DNA of 64,000 nucleotides from the NCBI GenBank assembly GCA_902570155.1, contig CACFXU010000008.1:1088-65087 (forward strand), read 5' to 3'. A program made the position numbers and the translations under genes. Position 1 is the first letter of the stretch. Each line of letters opens with the position of its first letter. The notes under the pieces are model-generated. The model had not been told where the DNA came from, did not search any database, and was given only the letters and a program-made list of their open reading frames with translations. Source of the stretch: an uncultured Alphaproteobacteria bacterium (GTDB lineage Bacteria; Pseudomonadota; Alphaproteobacteria; HIMB59; GCA-002718135). This document shows, in pieces, positions 62,365 through 64,000 of the stretch.

Positions 62365-63491
62365 TGACTTCCAAAAATAAAAATGGATCTCTTAATGCTG
62401 AGGCACAAAAATTTTCAAATATAAATTCCCATTGGCACCTTTCATATTTAAGATTAAGAAAAAATCGTTACGGAATGTTTGGTTTATATGGTGTGTTGTT
62501 TATTTTTTTTATTGCTATTTTTGCAGAATTTTTATCACCTCATAGTTATAAGAAGACTGTTCAGGATGAATTATATAATCCACCACAATTAATTCGATTT
62601 ATAGATTCTGAAGGTAATTTTCATTTAAGACCATTTGTATTTAAACTTATTGAAGAAATGGACATGGAAACTTTTGAATTCTCTTACTCTAATTCAGATG
62701 AAATGATACCTATTTATTTTTTTATTCAGGGTGATGAATATTCTATTTTTGGTTTTAAGACTAAGCTTCGGTTATTTGGCAATAACGAAGGTAATATTCA
62801 CTTATTGGGTACTGATAATATGGGGAGAGATATTCTTTCAAGAATGTTTGTCGGAACACAAATTACTATGCTCTTTGCTTTACTTGCAGTTTCAGCATCA
62901 TTGGTTATTGGATTAATGGTAGGTATAAGCTCAGGATATTTTGGAGGAACGTATGATTTAATAGCGCAAAGAGTGACAGAATTTGCATTATCATTTCCAT
63001 CCTATCCATTATATTTTGCGTTAGTAGCTCTCTTGCCAAAAAGAGCCGATGAGACGACAGTGTTTGTACTATTTGCTGGAATAATTGTTTTATTAAATTG
63101 GGCATCAATTGCTAGAGAGATTAGAGGTAAAACTTTTTTAGTAAGAAACCTAGAATTTGTTAGAGCAGCAAGAGCTTTAGGTGCATCTAGATCAAGAATA
63201 ATGATTCAACATATATTTCCAAATACCTTATCTCACGTAATTGTCTGGACATCATTTTGTATTCCTCTAATTATTTTAGTTGAAACTTTTTTAAGTTTCA
63301 TCGGAGTAGGTGTTCAGCATCCTATGGTTTCATGGGGTGTAATGTTAAATCAGGCTTTAGATATACAGAGCTTTGCATATGCTCCCTGGATGATTTCTCC
63401 AGTTGGAATGATTATATTGACTGTTTTAGCTTTTAATGCTTTTGGAGATGGAATAAGGGACGCGGTAGATCCATATGCAGTCACAAAATAA
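62364..63491 (+). CDS. ABC transporter permease (DppC/OppC type)
   Basis: 375 aa with the EAA-loop region FVRAARALGASRSRIMIQHIFPNTLSH. The ATG overlaps the upstream stop (TAATG). Confidence 0.9.
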   Translation: MTSKNKNGSLNAEAQKFSNINSHWHLSYLRLRKNRYGMFGLYGVLFIFFIAIFAEFLSPHSYKKTVQDELYNPPQLIRFIDSEGNFHLRPFVFKLIEEMDMETFEFSYSNSDEMIPIYFFIQGDEYSIFGFKTKLRLFGNNEGNIHLLGTDNMGRDILSRMFVGTQITMLFALLAVSASLVIGLMVGISSGYFGGTYDLIAQRVTEFALSFPSYPLYFALVALLPKRADETTVFVLFAGIIVLLNWASIAREIRGKTFLVRNLEFVRAARALGASRSRIMIQHIFPNTLSHVIVWTSFCIPLIILVETFLSFIGVGVQHPMVSWGVMLNQALDIQSFAYAPWMISPVGMIILTVLAFNAFGDGIRDAVDPYAVTK

Positions 63492-64000
63492 TCAGAAATT
63501 ATTAGATCTGAAAAATGCTGAAGTAAAATTCAGTGTAGAGGGAGGAATTGTCAATGCAGTAAATGATATATCTTTTGACATAATGAAAGGTGAAACCCTT
63601 GCTGTTGTTGGTGAGTCAGGTTCAGGAAAATCAGTCACAGCTAGAACTATAATGAAAATGCTACCTAAGAATTCATCAATTGGGTCAAATTTCAAGATTG
63701 AGTTTAAAGATATAGATATTACAAATTTAACTCAGGAACAGATGAGACAAATCAGAGGTGATACTATTAGTATGATATTTCAAGAGCCTCTTACAAGTTT
63801 AAATCCTCTCCATAGGATTGGTAGTCAATTGATAGAGGTATTACGAGAACACAATAAAATTGATAAAATTACTGCAAAAGAAAGAGCCCTTGAATTATTA
63901 AAAGAAGTACAAATTCCTCAGCCAGAAGAAAGATTAAATCAATATCCGCATCAGTTATCAGGGGGTCAAAGACAAAGAGTTATGATTGCAATGGCTATTG
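63475..64000 (+). CDS. ABC transporter ATP-binding protein (DppD/OppD type), N-terminal 175 aa (runs off window); not in the supplied ORF track
   Basis: Hand translation from the ATG at 63475 reads MQSQNNQKLLDLKNAEVKFSVEGG... with Walker A GESGSGKS, Q-loop MIFQEP and signature LSGGQRQRV. No stop before the window end. 17-nt overlap with the permease gene. Confidence 0.9.
   Translation, partial: MQSQNNQKLLDLKNAEVKFSVEGGIVNAVNDISFDIMKGETLAVVGESGSGKSVTARTIMKMLPKNSSIGSNFKIEFKDIDITNLTQEQMRQIRGDTISMIFQEPLTSLNPLHRIGSQLIEVLREHNKIDKITAKERALELLKEVQIPQPEERLNQYPHQLSGGQRQRVMIAMAI

Overview
AT-rich (roughly 30% GC by eye), extremely gene-dense chromosomal segment. It holds about 62 protein genes and 1 tRNA, and most neighbouring genes abut or overlap by 1-29 nt. 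Several gene orders are typical of Alphaproteobacteria: bolA / J-domain / cobS-like / cobT-like, aroK-aroB, rodZ-ispG-hisS-prfA-prmC-DUF4167, carA-carB-greA and yqeY-dnaG-rpoD. With the composition and the lack of intergenic DNA, this fits a streamlined marine SAR11/Pelagibacterales-type genome; that is inference, since no search was possible. I saw no rRNA, CRISPR, transposase, integrase or prophage genes. Positions 1-53 kb are core housekeeping genes. Two conserved small genes there are missing from the supplied ORF track: rpmJ at 40307-40432 and a 42-aa membrane ORF at 17853-17981. The partial ABC ATPase at 63475-64000 is also missing from the track. The most interesting region is 53.2-64 kb. 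Two divergent, translationally coupled operons combine two GH4 NAD+/Mn2+ glycosidase paralogs, a PhyH-type Fe(II)/2OG dioxygenase, a PanB-like protein without the PanB metal motifs, and a flavin-dependent-halogenase homolog that keeps all halogenase hallmarks. They sit with a large family-5 solute-binding-protein ABC importer. The backbone resembles alpha-galactoside uptake loci (melA-agp type), but the three extra enzymes fit no glycoside pathway I know. Other points of note are a ctaA <-> FNR + adrenodoxin-type ferredoxin divergent pair, a 35-Lys N-terminal tail on RpoD, a partial duplication of the rpmJ 3' end in its own promoter region, and a tRNA-Val that appears to carry C33. All functional calls come from motifs recognised by eye in the translations; no database search was run.
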